Assembly: GCF_048593235.1 (NCBI RefSeq)
Contig: NC_133623.1
Span: forward strand, 1,116,001-1,180,000
Source of the DNA: Sminthopsis crassicaudata
Lineage: Eukaryota
Direction: 5' to 3'
DNA: 64,000 nucleotides
Program-made: the position numbers and the translations under genes
The notes under the pieces: model-generated
What the model was told of the DNA's origin: nothing
Database searches by the model: none
What the model saw: the letters and a program-made list of their open reading frames with translations, nothing else
Part shown: positions 61,571 through 64,000 of the stretch, one piece after another
Position numbering within the stretch: position 1 is the stretch's first letter
Layout: every line of letters begins with the position of its first letter

Positions 61571-62444
61571 TAAGCCCTGGCTGAGTTTCTTTGCCTCCCC
61601 CTCCAGACTTGGCTACTACTTCCCAAGCCCAGCCATAACCCTCCCCAAGTCCTGGGCCTCTTGGGGGGAGGGGTGTCCCCAAGAGCATACCGAGCTCTTG
61701 GCCCTGCCAAGCCCTTGTCCCGCATCCCTGACCTCACCCCCTCCCTTATCCCCTCTGAGCCAGCCCATGGGAGCTCTCCTTCAGGCCTGGCTGCCTTCAT
61801 CCCCTTTTGCCAGATGAACATCTCCGCCAAGTTAGTGTATTTCATAAGCCTTGCAAAGCCAACACATCCACAGATCTTCCTGTTTTCTTCACTGAGCCCA
61901 GATCTCTTCAGCACTTCCCCATTTCTGTCAAGAACACCGCCATCCTCCCAGTCCCCAAGATTTGAAATGTCACTGTCACCAAGTAGGAGAGACCCTAAAG
62001 GACTCCTCAGCCGACCCCTATCCCAAAAGACCCCTTACTAGGATTGGGACTTGCCAAGCGGCCAACTCTCCGCCTTTGCTTCAGCACGTTAAGTGAGGCC
62101 GACTTAGCCGGCCACTTGGGGACCTCTCCGGTGGTCAGAAGGCCTGCCCACCAGGCCTCCGTCTGTGTCTTGGCGATATGACCCACCGCTCCGGGTTCTG
62201 CTCTGCTGAACAGAACTAATAGTTGACTTTGTCTTCTACAGGGTAACCCTTCAGATGTGGAAGCAAGCTTTTCCATCTTCTCCTGGACTCTTCCCCCCCC
62301 CCCCCACTCAGTGTTTTCTCTCCTTCAGGCTAAACGTTCTCTGCTTCTTAAATTGATCTCCATATGACATACATTTGAGGCCCTTCCCCATTACACACCC
62401 TCCAGTTCACCCAAAGTCCTTCTTAAACTAGACTGCCCCTCCCA

Positions 62445-63150
62445 AGGAAATACTAAAGAAGGGAAAGGGACCTGTGTGTGCCAAAGTGTTTGTGGCAGCC
62501 CTTTTCATAGTGCCTAGAAACTGGAAGATGAATGGATGCCCATCCATTGGAGAATGGTTGGGTAAATTATGGTTTATGAGTGTTATGGAATATTATTGCT
62601 CTGTAAGAAATGACCAGCAGGAGGAATACAGAGAGGCTTGGAGAGACTTACATCAACTGATGCTGAGGGAAATGAGCAGAACCAGGGGATCATTATACAC
62701 TTCAATGCTGTATGAGGATGTATTCTGATGGAAGTGGATATCTGCACCATAGAGAAGAGCTAATCCAATTCCAATTGATCAATGATGGACAGAATCAGCT
62801 ACACCCAGAGAAGGAACACTGGGAAATGAGGGTAAACTGTGAGCATTTTTGTTTTTCTTCCCAGGTTATTTTTACCTTCGGAATCCGATTCTTCCTTTGC
62901 AACAACAACCACAAAATTCGGTTCTGCACATATATATTGTACCTAGGATATACTATTAGATATTTAATATGTATGGGAATGCCTGCCATCTAAGGGAGGG
63001 GGTGGAGGGAAGGAGGGGAAAAACTCAGAACAGAAGGGAGTGCAAGGGATAATCCATGTTGTAAAAAATTACCCATGCATATGTACTGTCAAAAAAAATG
63101 TTATAATTATAAAATTAATAAAAAAACAAAAAAATTCAGAAAAAAAAAAA
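62445..63150 (+). mobile_element. Relatively young L1 3' end (ORF2 C-terminus, 3' UTR, poly-A)
   Basis: ORF 62474-62728 (FVAALFIVPRNWKMNGCPSIGEWLGKLWFMSVMEYYCSVRNDQ) is L1 ORF2 C-terminus; ends TATAAAATTAATAAAAAA. Confidence 0.92.
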
Positions 63151-63561
63151 ACCACACAAAAAAACTATACTGCCCCAACGTGGAGATGATCCCAAAGATG
63201 TGGCGTGACCAGGACAAAGTAGAGCTGACTGACCGATGGTGGCTGGTTCATAGAGACCCCAAAACTTTATCAGGCCACCCCCGTATCTGGAGCTACCCCC
63301 AGCTGATTATAGGAACCCACACATATGACTTCCCAATCACCCCCAGTCGCATTTTATCCTATGGCTTCAGCTCAGCACTCTAACCTAACTCTGGAGATGC
63401 TAGCCATCCTCTTACGACATGTCTTCTCCAGATCTGCTGAGTATTCCGATGGTTTTGTTCAGTTCACCCGATTGAAAAAAATAAAAAGATGAAGCAGCCC
63501 ATGGTTTGGCACAGAGCTTACAGCATTCCCTGGAAGACCTCCTACAGAGCTGACATTGAGT

Positions 63562-63716
63562 TTTTTTTTTTTTTTTTCTTTTTCCCTGAGGTTGGGGTTA
63601 AGTGACTTGCCCAGGGTCACACAGCTAGGATGTGTTAAGTGTCTGAGACCAGATTTGAACTCCTGTGCTCCTGAATTCAGGGCTGGTGCTCTATCCACTG
63701 CGCCCCCTAGCTGCTC
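63562..63716 (-). mobile_element. Full-length WSINE1-like SINE
   Basis: Same family as 38938-39094; TSD CTGACATTGAGT at 63550-63561 and 63717-63728. Confidence 0.9.
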
Positions 63717-64000
63717 CTGACATTGAGTCTTAAAGGATTACTCTCTGGCCAGCCAGTTAATTCTGAATCCACACCTGAAAATGGGATTATTGTCTAGTCC
63801 TTACCTCCCCATTTTCTCCTTACCAAAAGTAGGAGTTACGCCCCAAACAGGAATCTGGGCAAACTCCTTCTACAGCCTTCCTGCCAATGACCGGGTCAGA
63901 AATCATGTGAAAAAGTGGCATTTCAGTCTTGCTCTCTGAAATTCCCACATCCCTTTTAAAGAAGGATGTTCCTCATTCATGTCCCCCAGCTTGCATGTCC

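Noticed and set aside
61570-61914. 114-aa minus-strand ORF as a possible MAGIX or new gene
   Set aside because: No PDZ or MAGIX-like peptide recognised and no supporting splice structure; MAGIX, if present, lies beyond the window.
62080-62100. TTCAGCAC as a second RE1
   Set aside because: Only the left half-site; the right half (GGACAG) is absent.

Overview
Eukaryotic, very GC-rich genomic DNA, not prokaryotic. It is the conserved therian X-linked block FOXP3(+) - CCDC22(-) - CACNA1F(+) - SYP(+) - PRICKLE3(+) - PLP2(-). The SINE/LINE content (WSINE1-like tRNA SINEs, MIR/MAR1, L2, L3/CR1, marsupial-type L1 3' ends, hAT-Charlie-like MITEs) and the divergent FOXP3 suggest a marsupial, probably a dasyuromorph (inference). 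All six genes could be rebuilt exon by exon from splice sites and recalled human protein sequences: FOXP3 435 aa, CCDC22 626 aa, Cav1.4 1957 aa, synaptophysin 299 aa, PRICKLE3 595 aa, PLP2 153 aa. Two single-base frameshifts (CCDC22 exon 3, CACNA1F exon 21) and three N gaps point to an imperfect assembly. No CRISPR, rRNA or tRNA genes are supported. The most notable observations are: loss of the FOXP3 exon-2 LxxLL (ROR-binding) motif; a G-quadruplex VNTR in FOXP3 intron 8; overlapping FOXP3/CCDC22 3' ends; an apparent CCDC22 exon 8-9 fusion through an exonised intron remnant; a ~520-bp divergent CCDC22/CACNA1F promoter split by a CTCF motif and a C31 tract; two U12-type CACNA1F introns; a missing PRICKLE3 intron; a TGCCA array upstream of PRICKLE3; a three-level higher-order minisatellite upstream of PLP2; and a possible spliced antisense RNA converging on the CACNA1F 3' end. 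Human comparisons are from memory and were not aligned computationally.
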